Part shown: positions 35,058 to 47,088 of the stretch, piece by piece
How the letters are laid out: each line of letters opens with the position of its first letter
Numbering within the stretch: the stretch's first letter is position 1
Program-made: the position numbers and the translations under genes
Assembly (NCBI RefSeq): GCF_016432865.1
Contig: NC_067401.1
Location: forward strand, 36,890,001-36,954,000
DNA length: 64,000 nt
Origin: Antechinus flavipes
Taxonomy: Eukaryota
Reading direction: 5' to 3'
The notes under the pieces: generated by a model
What the model was told of the DNA's origin: nothing
Databases searched by the model: none
Seen by the model: the letters and a program-made list of their open reading frames with translations, nothing else

Positions 35058-36696
35058 GTATATTTGATCATGCTGTGGATGTCTTTATCCTTATGAACCA
35101 AGTTGTCTTTGAGAAGTGCTGATCAAAGCCCCTCTTAGCAGTTATGTTGGTTGTGTTTTATAGTCCATTTCTGAACCACTCATTAGGGATTAAATAGATT
35201 ATGTCTCATTAGTTGAAGTAATACCCTGCTTTCCCTTAGGAAACATTGACCTTGTAAAATGAGAAAATGAGAATACCATAAGAACTTAAACATTTATGGT
35301 ATACACAGGATTCTAATCTAAGTTTCATTGTTTTTGGAAGGGTTGCATATGCTGTTTTAAAAAATACTCTTTTCTGAGTCCAGGAACAAAGCTGTTTTAA
35401 CATGTCATGTAAATTTAGGTTATACTTTGGCTTCCAATCTATTCATCTTCAGACCCCTTCCCTCCCCCAACTCAATAAGGCAGCAAATCAGAGAGGGTAA
35501 AATTCTGCCCAGGAACAGTGTCTGAGCATGAAATATTCAAAAATCAAACCTGTGATTTAGAGAAGATTTTTAAAATCTCAAGTAGCAAAAAATTTGGTGC
35601 CCATCTAGGAAGAATATACTTGAAGCTATCTACCCCTAATCTTTCATTGTAGTGGAAAGGTTTTTTGGTTTCTGTTCAGTCTGCTGATTGTCTTTAGAAA
35701 ACTTTATCATTTTATTACTGTCAAACAGACTTGGTCCATTCTAGAATGTGCTTTAGTCTCATGTTCTTCCCTAATTTTCATTTTTGTGAAACTGTAAAGC
35801 TGTCCTTGGGCTGCTTGGTGAGTGATTCTTTTTATTCTGGGCAGAGCCCTGTACTCCCAGGCAGGACTTGCCAGCCCCCAAGCTCTCTGCTTCAGGATTC
35901 ATGTAATGTGGCTGACAACTTCGCCCTAGAAATGACCATTAACTGCACAGCTGCTGGCACTCTTCAGCTGTAACCCACAGAGCATGTAATAGAGATGCCT
36001 GTAGGTAGTGAGTGCACCATGACCCCAATTCCAGACCACGGGAGAGGGAAGCCAGGGCCTCAGCTGCAGCCGCAGGTATACAATCCATTAGTCTCCTTCA
36101 TCAGCCTTGGCTGAGGCATCACTAGCAGTGATAGTGTAGAAGAGGGAGCTAATCTTGAGACTGTCTCTCTGAGTCCCACTTAAATTTCAGCATCTGAAAT
36201 CTTCACAGGTTATTATTTGATCTCTTTTCTGTCCTTTTCCATTTTACTAGTGGCATTTTTTTCTTTATGGCAAATTTGGAATAAAGCAGTCTGGGCCAAT
36301 TGAAAGTGGCTGTTAGAATGAACCAAGAGGAGTCTATATCATGGAATGAGTTTGTGGAGTTCAGTAAGGGCTAAAGTGATTGGCTGTCTCCACTTCCTTG
36401 TCAGAAGGCTACTGGCCACCAGAATTTAACTAGCAGTTGACTTTCTTCACCTGAGGAAAATGGGCACTCGATCAGCATGGTTAATTAAGGACCAGGACAG
36501 AAAGATGTCTCTTGAGAGTGTCTCTGTCTTTGCTCTGTGCTGAGGTGTACGTGGCCCTTTTTCAACTGCCGGCCACAATGTGATGGAGAGCATTCTCTCA
36601 GCTTTGTTATATCATAGTGGCCAGAGGCTGAATGTAGCTACATCCTAATAAGGCTTAACAAAGAGGGATTTTGCGGGGTTGGGAGAGGATGGAGAT

Positions 36697-36935
36697 GGGG
36701 CAGCTCAGTATTGCAGTAGCTAGAGTTCATTTCCCTGAGTTCAAATCTGGCCTCAGACGGTTCCTCACTCTGTGATCCTGAACATGTTACTTAACTCTGA
36801 TTGCCTCCTGTTTTTCTCTTCTGTCAATGAGCCAGAGCAGGAAGCAGCAAACCTTTCCAAGAATGGCACATCTCTGCCAAGAAAACCCCAAATGGGGTCA
36901 AAGTGTCAGACATAACTGAAAAAAATGACTGAACA
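36697..36935 (+). mobile_element. MAR1-like CORE-SINE with RTE-derived tail
   Basis: ggggcagct...ctgagttcaaatctggcctcaga...tgccaagaaaaccccaaatggggtca...gtcagacataactgaa...atgactgaac. Confidence 0.75.
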
Positions 36936-39574
36936 TGGGTTGGGAAGGTGGAAATGGATCTGAAATGTTATTGATCTAGAGAACTTCTATTATGTAAGTT
37001 CCTTTCACCATTGTGGATCTGCAGCTATTAGGGAATTGCATTAGGGATTAAATCTTGGGGGAATGGGGCACACTTGGTATCTGGAAGAAACAAGCCTAGG
37101 TTCATGACCTAAAAGCTTTCAAGACTATCCATCATGCTGCTTTGTTTTTCCTTTTGTGCTGAACGGAGAGTAGAGATTAAGGGGACAGTTTTTCTTAAGA
37201 GGAGCAGAGTGAGGCAGGGAGGATGTCTGAATCCTTCCTCCAATGTTTGGGCATGTTCTTTCACCTTTTAGAGCCTAATATTCCTCATCAATAAATGGGG
37301 TTAATTACACCTGTGGTATTGACCTGGCAGATTAGTTGTGAAAAAACCAATGAAGTAATGTGGAAACCATTTTAAGATTTTTCAAGTGCTTTATAAATGG
37401 GAGCTGCTTTTATTATTCTGCTCTGATATATCCTGGGCTTTATCACCAGAGGATTAAAGCTTGAGATCTTAGTGGGGTTTTATCTCCTAAACAGCAAAAA
37501 TAAAACAATAATTGGAATTGTTCTTCAGTAACTTTGTATTGTAACAATATTGACAAACAGCATGGAGGAAGACTATATTTAGTCTTCCTTCAACTGAGAT
37601 ATTAACATAATATTCAAGGATAAAAAGACCAAAACCTTGGAAATGCACTTTGTGTGGGTGCCCTGCTTCCATGATGCTAAGAGTCATCAGAACCCAGGGA
37701 TATTTGCTCATCATTGATAAACATACTTGCCCTCAAATGTTTGCTTTTTCCTTATCCTTGAATACCAGAGTCATACAGAATCCTGTGTCATTCAGGGTTA
37801 TGCTGCTAGCCTTTGAGTGTGATGATAACATCTGGATAAGTTAGGCAGAATTTTTCTGAATCCCTCCTGGTTTTTGGTTTAGTCTTTTCTCTCCTTCATT
37901 GGAGTTTCTCTTTTCTCACTTGAGTGCCAGAGATTTCTTTCATGTTCTTTCTTGCGTTTCTTTTCATGCCAGAGATTTCATTAGTGAAAACAATTTAGAT
38001 ACTCCAGAGATACTGACAATCAGTTGTATCTTATCTTGAATTTTTAGTACTGATATATTTTATAAACTCTTCTGGGTACAGTACAGGAAAATATTACGTG
38101 ATTAATTTAACCCATTGCCAGAAAAATGAAGACGGAATGGGATTCTCCAAGTCTGTCTCTGCACTGAGTGTCTATGACAGTTTAATTAAGTTTTCTTCAC
38201 CTTAGTCATCATTGTTACCATAATAGACTTTGAATGTATTGAACTAGACTCTTTTTCAAGCTTTCTATCTGAAAGGCATTTAATACCTTCTATCACTTGG
38301 CCCTTTTAAGTCTTATTTCTTTTATCATCTCATTCTGGTAACCTATCCATCTCAGATAGAAATATTATTATTTCTTAAGCCAGTCCTGAGATTGTCTTCT
38401 TCCATGCCTTTCTGACTTTACAGTATTCCCTTTTCCTAGCATGTCCTTTTTCCTCTCTCTACCTTGCTTCTATTGTCCTCGATTTTTCAGTCTTCTAGAA
38501 TCATTTAAGAAGCCATGTCTATATGTAATCTTTCCTGGTCTCCTAGCTAGAACCAGTCTTTCCCTTTTTGAGATCCCAACAAGCACTTTATTCTGTTTCT
38601 TGTGACTTTTAACACATTTTACTTGTCATAGTTAATTTGTGCATTTGTTTTTCAATGTCTGACAGATGACATTCCACCTCTAATGCTGACTTAGGACAAA
38701 GCTTTGTACATGGTGGGGACTCAGATTTTTTTTTTAAATATTCAATTAATAGAATTTTATGCTCTGCAGAAAACCGATCTTAAATGAGGTAGATGTTATT
38801 ACATAACTTGAAAGAAAAGTGCTTTGTGAATATCTTTTCCATTTACCCCTTACCTAATTTTTCCTTTCAGTTTCTTGTCATTGGTGACTTGTTTGAGTTT
38901 GTGGTTTCAAAGTCCTGTGCTGAAAGGGTTTTAAAAAATGGTGACATTGGGATTTTCAATCTCTGTAGCTTACTTTGAAACATAGCTGTTAATTTAAATT
39001 TATGGCACCTGTGGCATTCATGGACAATAGAAATCATCTATCATGGGGAAAAATCATTAATTGGCACATATCAGTTTTAAATTCTATGTTCAATCCATCA
39101 GGTGAAACTCTAAAGTGTCTTCTGTAAGGTCCAGGGGACACACGAAGTAAGTCTTCACAGAATGGTCATTCCTCTCATTTTCACTGACAGAAGACAAAAT
39201 TGTCTTATAGAGAATATTGAATGTGCTGTGCCCCATGGTTAGAAATCTGCAGATGTCAGGCAACAGCCAAGGGCAGAGCTTTGGATACTTCTTTGGGTCC
39301 ATGATCTCAGGGATGTAGTTCATTGGTCTCCCTGGCTTGCATTGTAGCCCATCATTGCCTCTGTGATTCTTAGCCACGGGCTTCCATAATTTCTGTAGAT
39401 GCTTTATCCATATATAGAAGTATGAACAATCCTGGGATGGTCCATCTTTTGCCCTGTGTTGTCATCCACTTCCTTTCTAAAGGATGGAAAGTGGTAATTT
39501 ACCTAGTAGAAAACAGTGTTTTGTTTTCTTTAAAAGGGTAATATATATATTTTTTAAATGGGTTTTTAGTATAG

Positions 39575-39608
<34 letters not shown>

Positions 39609-40486
39609 TTTAATCATGGCTAACGATATAAGATCTTTATTATGGCACCCTCAATTCAGAGGGGGTAATGTTTGAAAGGCTAATTAATGAGTTGTTCTCT
39701 TCCCAGTTCCTTGGGTCCTTTCAAATCACAGGATTTCAGAGCTGAAAGGGAACTAAGAAGTCTTTGGGGGGTGAGTGCCTTCTTTTACAAATGAGAAAAA
39801 AAAAGAAGTTCAGAAAGTTTTCAGTTTAGTGATATTTAGCAGCAAGGCCAGGACTCTAGTCCAGTTTTTCAGCTTTCTGCCAAAAAAGCCATCTATATCC
39901 AATAGATTCTCTTCTCAGAAGACTCTCAAAGGAGTCAGGAAGGAGAGTTGTGAAGCCAGAGTCCACCAATTATTTTCTCTCTTAGCATTTCATTAAGTTT
40001 AAACCTGCATTTCTTGGTTTGTGGCTGCTGGCACAGATCTGAAAATGCAATTTTGATTTTTATTTATGCCTGCTTTGCTTATTTATCAATGAAAAGACTT
40101 TTCAGAAGTGCCAAGGACCAGGTGGCATAGATAAATGCATGCACAGGTTTGATTTCTGTTTTTTAAAAGGATATTTGAAGCATGTCCGTGTTTGGGGACA
40201 GATTTCTTCTAAATCCTGTTTGAGTTTGTCGAAGCACTGCTGTGGAAAGATTGGATCTAAAGTGTCCTGGAGAGATCTCAACTCCATCTTCCTTCTGAGG
40301 GTTTCTCATAGATGTCCTTCCCAAAACAGTACAACCCAGACCTCTTTGTCCCAGTGGAGACAAGTTATTAGACAGCATGTATTCCCCAGCTACATAGTAT
40401 TCCAAACTGCAAATTCTGTTCTCGCTTCTAGTATGTAGCTAAATGAACTCTACCTTTCTCTCCTCTCTCTCCTTTCTCTCTTTCAG

Positions 40487-40528
40487 CTTGGCAGTGACCT
40501 TGGCGGGGGCATTGGAGGAAGTCCGGCA
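40487..40528 (+). CDS. AP2B1: AP2B1 alternative 42-nt cassette exon, LGSDLGGGIGGSPA (long hinge isoform); not in ORF track
   Basis: CT-rich tract ending tttcag|CTT; donor GCA|gtaagt. Symmetric phase 0. The peptide matches the 14-aa insert I recall in the 951-aa mammalian isoform. Confidence 0.93.
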
Positions 40529-41401
40529 GTAAGTGCCATCCATTTTTTTCACAGTGAGAAAATAGTGTCCTTTCCCTACCCCAATTTGGTAGAACTTTTT
40601 TTTTTTTTTTTTGGTCCACTCATTCTCTCAGAGCAGCCATTGCTGCTGTCATACATTGCACGGGCAGACTAAGATGGCAGGGCTAGAAGAGCAGCAGGAT
40701 GAGAGAAAGTCATTTTAAGTTGTCAAGATGGTGTCCCACTCTCTGTAAGGCTACATCCTCAGGGCTTGGAGTGTTGGTTTCTTCAGGAATTTTTCTAGTT
40801 TCCTGTCATTAATGTTAAAAAAAAAATTAAAGCTCCTGTCTTGGTTAGGAAATACTCTTATGCCCTGGTATCATGTAGCATGAAATGAGTACAGAGTGAT
40901 CTGGACTTTGTAAGACTGAGAGGTTCCTGAGAGAGAGAGACCCATTTTTCGGGAGGAGGGAGCCCCTAAATGCTTATTCTTAGAATGGGAGAACAAGACA
41001 TGACTAAAGGGATGAGCAGACCCCAGTGGACCTGGAGCCGCTGCTCCTTCTTGCACAAGCACTTCCTTCCCCGTCCAGACGCCTTTGCAAAGAATCATGG
41101 AAGCTAAAATTGGAAAGGAAAAAAAGCCAACCTTGGGTCCCTGTGTCCTCATTCTGTTCTTCTGTGCTCTCTCAAAAATAACCTTGATCATGCGTTCCTG
41201 TGAAAGTGAAGCCCGTTTGGATGACAAACCTAGTTTGGTATTGACAATAGAGAGGCCGTGTGTGTCCCCCAGTCACTGGGATTGCTTCCTCGTGTCAGTT
41301 GTGCGACTGTCCTCCAACCCTTGGGGTTGGCTAGATATGTTGAGTTTGCACTGACTCTTCCTTCTTCCTTCTGGACTTATAAACTGTTTTTTCCCTTGTA
41401 G

Positions 41402-41548
41402 GTGGGACAGTCCTTCATTCCATCCTCGGTGCCTGCAACGTTCGCCCCGTCTCCTACTCCTGCTGTGGTTAGCAGTGGACTCAATGACCTCTTTGAACTC
41501 TCCACTGGGATAGGCCTGGCACCTGGAGGGTTTGTGGCTCCCAAAGCT
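41402..41548 (+). CDS. AP2B1: AP2B1 coding exon (~exon 16), 147 nt, VGQSFIPSSVP...GLAPGGFVAPKA
   Basis: Acceptor ttcccttgtag|GTG; donor GCT|gtaagt. Confidence 0.97.
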
Positions 41549-41784
41549 GTAAGTCAAGAGAACATCCTCTTGGTGGGACCTTCTTGCTGGACAGGGCTTG
41601 AGCTCCTTGCAATTTGGGCATCACACATGATTTAATACTGTTTCTTAGACCTGGAACAACTTCTGTCCCCTTATTCTGGGGACAGGAGGAGATGGCAGGG
41701 CTCCAGTTCACAGCCAGAGACCACTGTTATTCTTGCCATATTAGCTGTTATTTGTAATTGGTCCATTCGGCTTAAAATCTTGAG

Positions 41785-41944
41785 NNNNNNNNNNNNNNNN
41801 NNNNNNNNNNNNNNNNNNNNNNNNNNNNNNNNNNNNNNNNNNNNNNNNNNNNNNNNNNNNNNNNNNNNNNNNNNNNNNNNNNNNNNNNNNNNNNNNNNNN
41901 NNNNNNNNNNNNNNNNNNNNNNNNNNNNNNNNNNNNNNNNNNNN
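41785..41944. other. Assembly gap, 160 N
   Basis: Run of n characters. Confidence 0.99.
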
Positions 41945-42527
41945 TCTGTCAACTCTGAAGTCAGTCCAGGGGAAATCTAATACTATTTTAAACATCTTTT
42001 GGTATTTTAATTTTTTACTAAATAGTAGAAGAAAAACATAAAGTGTACCAAGAGTAACATGCTATTTTCTGACTCTTAAGAGTCATCATTTATGAGAAGT
42101 GAAGGGCCCTCGGATTTCGTCTAATATAACCCTTTTATTTTATGTTGAGAAAACTAAGAACTAGCGGGATCCTAACCTTCCCATGGTTGTGTGTGTGGTT
42201 GGTGAAAAGTCTGAGACTGTAGCCCTGGACTGCTGACTCCCAGTCTGGTTACTCTTTTCACTGCAGTATCTTCCTCCCCTTAGTCTTATAATAATAGCAT
42301 TTGTAACATAGAACATATTTTTTCAGTTTTTTGCTATTTGCTACTAATGTAAAACAGATTTACTTTTGAACAAAGAGGTTATATAAATTCTGTCAGACCT
42401 ATCAAGTAGAAAGTCTTTAAGGACTGGCCTAGTTATAGTCTATTATCTGAGGCTCCATTTAATTAACTTAGAAGAAGTTCATCACCAGATGAGCACAGAA
42501 TGATGGATTTGTGTTTACTATAGCAAC

Positions 42528-42531
<4 letters not shown>

Positions 42532-42563
<32 letters not shown>
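42532..42563 (+). repeat. Poly(A) run, 32 nt
   Basis: Read directly from the sequence. Confidence 0.95.
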
Positions 42564-42565
<2 letters not shown>

Positions 42566-43614
42566 CTGGTATAGTGAAATCACTGTCAGATGGACAAGGG
42601 GTGTTCACACTGGAAGAATTACAGGATCATGATGCATGAAGCACAAATGTTTGTGGAATTAATAAAAATGTGAAAAATAGGACCTTATTATATTGGAAAA
42701 GTTTTTTTGAGGGTTAAGGTCCCTTCAAAATATTGGAGTGTCTCATCAGCTCAGAGCTCCTGGCCTTACTGTAGTTGGTATGCTTCACTGCCTTCTGGGA
42801 AGCCATGCAATTTCCTTTCTTATTGAATTGTTATATATTTACATATATTGTTATATATATATAATACATATTTATCTGGTTCCTTATAAAGGCTCTTGGG
42901 TTGTCTTTTCCAGGATTTATATGTATTACACAGACTGTTCTGTTGATTACTCTCTCTACACAGTTGTTCTGGTGTAATTTAGCTGAGTGCAGATCATCAA
43001 GTTGGTGTTGGCTAAATAAGCCTTACTTAGGCCTTTGCCTAACTATACAGTTATAAAACCTCCCCAAAATATTATATTATCTTAGAAAGTTAGGATAAAG
43101 CATGCAACATAACAATTTTAGACAGTTGTAGTTTTAGGCAGGATTAATACAGTATTTCAAATATGATTAGGTTTAAGTGTCTGGTTGAAAATACAATGAT
43201 AAAATTCTTAGAACTCTAATAAGCTTAATAATAGCATTTTACTTTTTTTTTTTTTTTTTTTAAGCATTTACTTTCAGGTACTACTAAATTTTGAACCAGT
43301 AGTGTTAATACCTATCAGGAGCTGTCTTAAGTTCCTCATCTTCCTTTACTTGTTCTCCCTATTACAGGCACAAAGAAACCTTGTTGGTTAGGAGAGAGGG
43401 ACAGACTTGATTATCAATTCCTGAATAATTAGGAATGAACTATGGTGGCTAATCAGAATAGCCGGCACTGCAGAGAGGCTTTTGTTCTGCTCTTATGACA
43501 CACTTCCCAAAGGGACACTTTAGCTTTGTGTAGTCTTTCTCATGAAATCTCAATGATGGCACATTATCTCTTGAGGCTTTGCCTGGTCCAAATGGCTTTT
43601 ATGTTGCCTTTCAG

Positions 43615-43760
43615 GTTTGGCTCCCTGCAGTAAAAGCAAAAGGCCTGGAGATTTCAGGAACATTCACTCACCGGCAGGGCCACATCTACATGGACATGAA
43701 CTTCACCAACAAAGCATTGCAGCACATGACAGATTTTGCTATTCAATTTAACAAGAACAG
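43615..43760 (+). CDS. AP2B1: AP2B1 coding exon (~exon 17), 146 nt, appendage sandwich VWLPAVKAKG...AIQFNKN(S), includes Y737
   Basis: Acceptor ttgcctttcag|GTT; donor AACAG|gtaaga. Confidence 0.97.
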
Positions 43761-45897
43761 GTAAGAAATCTGAACTATTCAGCCAAGCTTTGGCCTAAGC
43801 GTTTGCCTCATTCTCAAGCAGAGATTGGGCCATTGAATCTTAGGAGTTCTCTTTTCTTTGGTGGGCTCTGGACTCAGGATAAGACCTAGGTCATGTTCAT
43901 CTCAGCTACTCTCTGTCTAGGATATGTGTATGATGCAAAAGCCCAAACACTAACGACCGTGAGACATTTCTCTGACTAGAAATGCTGGAAAATGTGGGTT
44001 TTTTACTTCTACACATTTTGTTAATGCCTTTTTTTTTTTTTTTACATCACTTTCAGTTCTTCTTTTCCCTACCTTGTCATAGAACCTTCCCTAATAGTGA
44101 TACAATTAGACAAAAAAATCAATATATTGGCCATGTCTAAAAATGTATACACCATTCCACTCCTATAATTTACCACCACTGGTAAAGGCAAAGGTATGCT
44201 TCCCTTCCAGCCTATGAAGTGGTGATTAGATTTTATATTAATCACTTCTGAAGACGTTCAGTGTTGCTCTCTTTAAGGTTACCAAAGTCATTGTTAAAAT
44301 TCTTTCTCATTGTTTTGTTTTATGTCATTTCATATAAATTGTTTTTGATTCCATCCATCCCCCCCCCCCCCCCAAAAAAAAAGTTTGTCCATTCATGAAG
44401 CCTTTCTGTGAGTGCATTTTTTGTTGAAATACTGTAATCCAAATACAGGAGCTGAGGGATTTTCTACTTTTCTTTGTACACTCATTGCTGTTGTGGTTCA
44501 GCTGTTCTAGTTGTGACTGACTCTTTATGATCCCATTAGGGTTATGATCTAATGACCCTAATGGGATCATAACAACTAACCACACCTAACAAGTGTTTGT
44601 TGAGTGAACTAAAACAGTCTCCAATAAGTGAGCTTTCACTGGGAACAAGAATACCATTATGTCTAAGATAGTTTCTTAACAGTACATCCCCACATCCCTC
44701 CTCTTGTTACTGGGAACATAAAGTAGCTAAATACGTTTTGCAGACTAGCTGTTGGCTTTTGGCATTTCCTTTCCTTTTATTTTAGCAAGAAACCCAGAAG
44801 GAAGGAAATAAAAAGGCCCAAGTCTAAGAGTTCTGAAGCACTGGAAGTCCCTATTAAGTTTTCATGGCTTTAAGGAACTGGCTGCAAAGGTTCCATAAAG
44901 AATGTCTTTCTTTTTTTTAAATTAATTTCATTTTCAAACATATCCTTTATCCTTCCCAAGAATAACAAAAAAAGAAAGGGGGAGAAAATATTGTAGCTTC
45001 TAGATTTCACATTGTGGGATTTTTTTTTTTTTTAATTGTTAAAGATTCAACTCTGCTTATAGAATAGGAGTAATTGACTCTTGAATCATCAGATCTATTT
45101 GTGCTAGTCAAGAGGCTACATTTCTGAAATCTGGGCTTGTATCATCCATCATTTTAATTCACTCTAAACCATTTGCAAGTATTTTCACCGTCTGGAATAA
45201 TTTTTGAATTGGCACATCAGAAACCATCAGTGTGTCTGCCCTATCCGTGAGCTGTCCAGGAAATTTCTTCTGAAGGTACAATGTGTTTCAGAACAGTGTT
45301 AGGTTGCAGCCAGAAGACATGTTCAAATGAAAGAGACTGCTTTGATAGTTCATGGCAAGTTTCCTCTGATTTCCTCTGGTTCTGGGCTTAGAATCATAGG
45401 ATAGATAGAAAGCCTTTGGGCTGGTGAATCATTAGGGATAGTTCCCTAATAAAATGCCTATTGTAGTGTTTTTGATAGGGACAAAAGACTGGTCCAGTTG
45501 AGGAATAGATTTTATGTTTTTCTTTTTAAAATATTGAATTTATTTTTTTCAGTACTTCAAAAAATCCATGTTTGCTTGAGTACAGATGTTACCAAAGCAG
45601 ATCCTAACCTCTCTACACCTCATGAGTGTTGCTGTGACAAAACCAAGCATCTGGTAGCCAGCCTTTTGTTAATGAGCTTCTTGAGTTTAGCTTGACAGTA
45701 CTCAGACAACTGAAGCAGTCCATTGCCTGACCATAATTGAAGCCTTATAGCCTTTTCCAGATTGGATAATCCAATCCTTCTTGTATTTGAGGGATAGATT
45801 TTCTATGTAAATTAGTTCTTCTTAGCCACGGTTTTATATACTACTAGCCATTGTTTCTAAAACTAAGTGAAACATGAAAATGGATAGACCCCCTTGG

Positions 45898-46125
45898 TGG
45901 ATACAAGTACTGGATTTAGATTAGGAAAACCTGAGTTCAAATACAGGTTCAGATAACTTATTAGCTGTGTGATCCTGGCAAACTAATTAATTAAATCTCT
46001 GTGCTTTAGTTTCCTCATCTGTACAGTGGGGATGGTAATAATAGTACCTTCCTTCCAAAGTTGTGAGGACAAAATAAGACAGTATTTTTATGTGCTTTCC
46101 AAGCTTGAATGCTGTTTAAATGTTG
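45898..46125 (+). mobile_element. MIR SINE
   Basis: aaaacctgagttcaaat...ttagctgtgtgatcctggcaa...tagtttcctcatctgtacagtgggga. Confidence 0.75.
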
Positions 46126-46248
46126 TGACAGTAATGTGTTAATTCGGTAAGACAGAAAACATACTCCAAATTGCCCATTTCATTTTTTATACTAATTTTT
46201 ACCTGATTTGCCTTTGCAAAATCCTTTTCTTTCATTGCTGTTCCTTTG

Positions 46249-46280
<32 letters not shown>

Positions 46281-46958
46281 GTAAACATCACTTTTTTTCT
46301 TCTCAGTTTCTGCCCACTTTTTACACTGCCCCATCTTTACCCTTAAAAACTAGCTGGATGGTAGGTAGGTAGGTAGCTAAAGACTTGGCTGACCAAATTT
46401 AGTCTCAGTTTTCTTTTAGTCATTTAGAGTACAGAAGTTAATCAGCTCCATTTTTTGCTTAGATGGCTGTTTTCCCTTGAGTCATCGCATAATCTGTGAA
46501 CAAAAAAGAGAGCGTGTAGGAAGGAAAGTAAAATTTGCCAATGCATAATTCTGTCCTCTGACTAGGGCTGCCTACAGGTTTCTGTGTCCCCAGAACATCA
46601 TTGCTCTCTTCCTTTGATCTGATCTTTCTTCTTCCTCCCCTTAAGATGGCCTAGCAATCACATGTAGAACGATGGGTTTGCAGGTTTGCATCAGGGTGGC
46701 ACTCAATGGAAAGTAGTCCATTTGAAGGGCACTTAGAGAAGCCATCTGCAGGAGGAGAAGCTATGCTGGGTGCAAGTATCTAGCTCTGGCTGGAGGAGCA
46801 GAAGCCCAGGCTCAATAGAATCTAGTTCTCTTGGCTCTGTTGCTCTTCCCGTTATCCAGGATTGTGCTTCATGAATAAAAGAGCACACGGAGAGCCCTGG
46901 AGGCGCTGCTGGGGAATGCTGCCACTTTTCAATCGCCTTGCTTTCTTTTCTCTCTCAG

Positions 46959-47088
46959 CTTTGGGGTCATCCCTAGCACTCCTTTGGCTATCCACACTCC
47001 GCTGATGCCGAACCAGAGCATTGATGTGTCCCTTCCCCTCAATACCTTGGGTCCAGTTATGAAGATGGAACCGCTCAATAACCTGCAG
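46959..47088 (+). CDS. AP2B1: AP2B1 coding exon (~exon 18), 130 nt, (S)FGVIPSTPLAIH...MEPLNNLQ
   Basis: Acceptor ttttctctctcag|C; donor CAG|gtagga. Confidence 0.97.

Noticed and set aside
39090-39377. 95-aa minus-strand ORF as a nested gene
   Set aside because: It has a non-ATG start, no recognisable domain, and no splice or poly(A) support. An ORF of this length is expected by chance in 64 kb.
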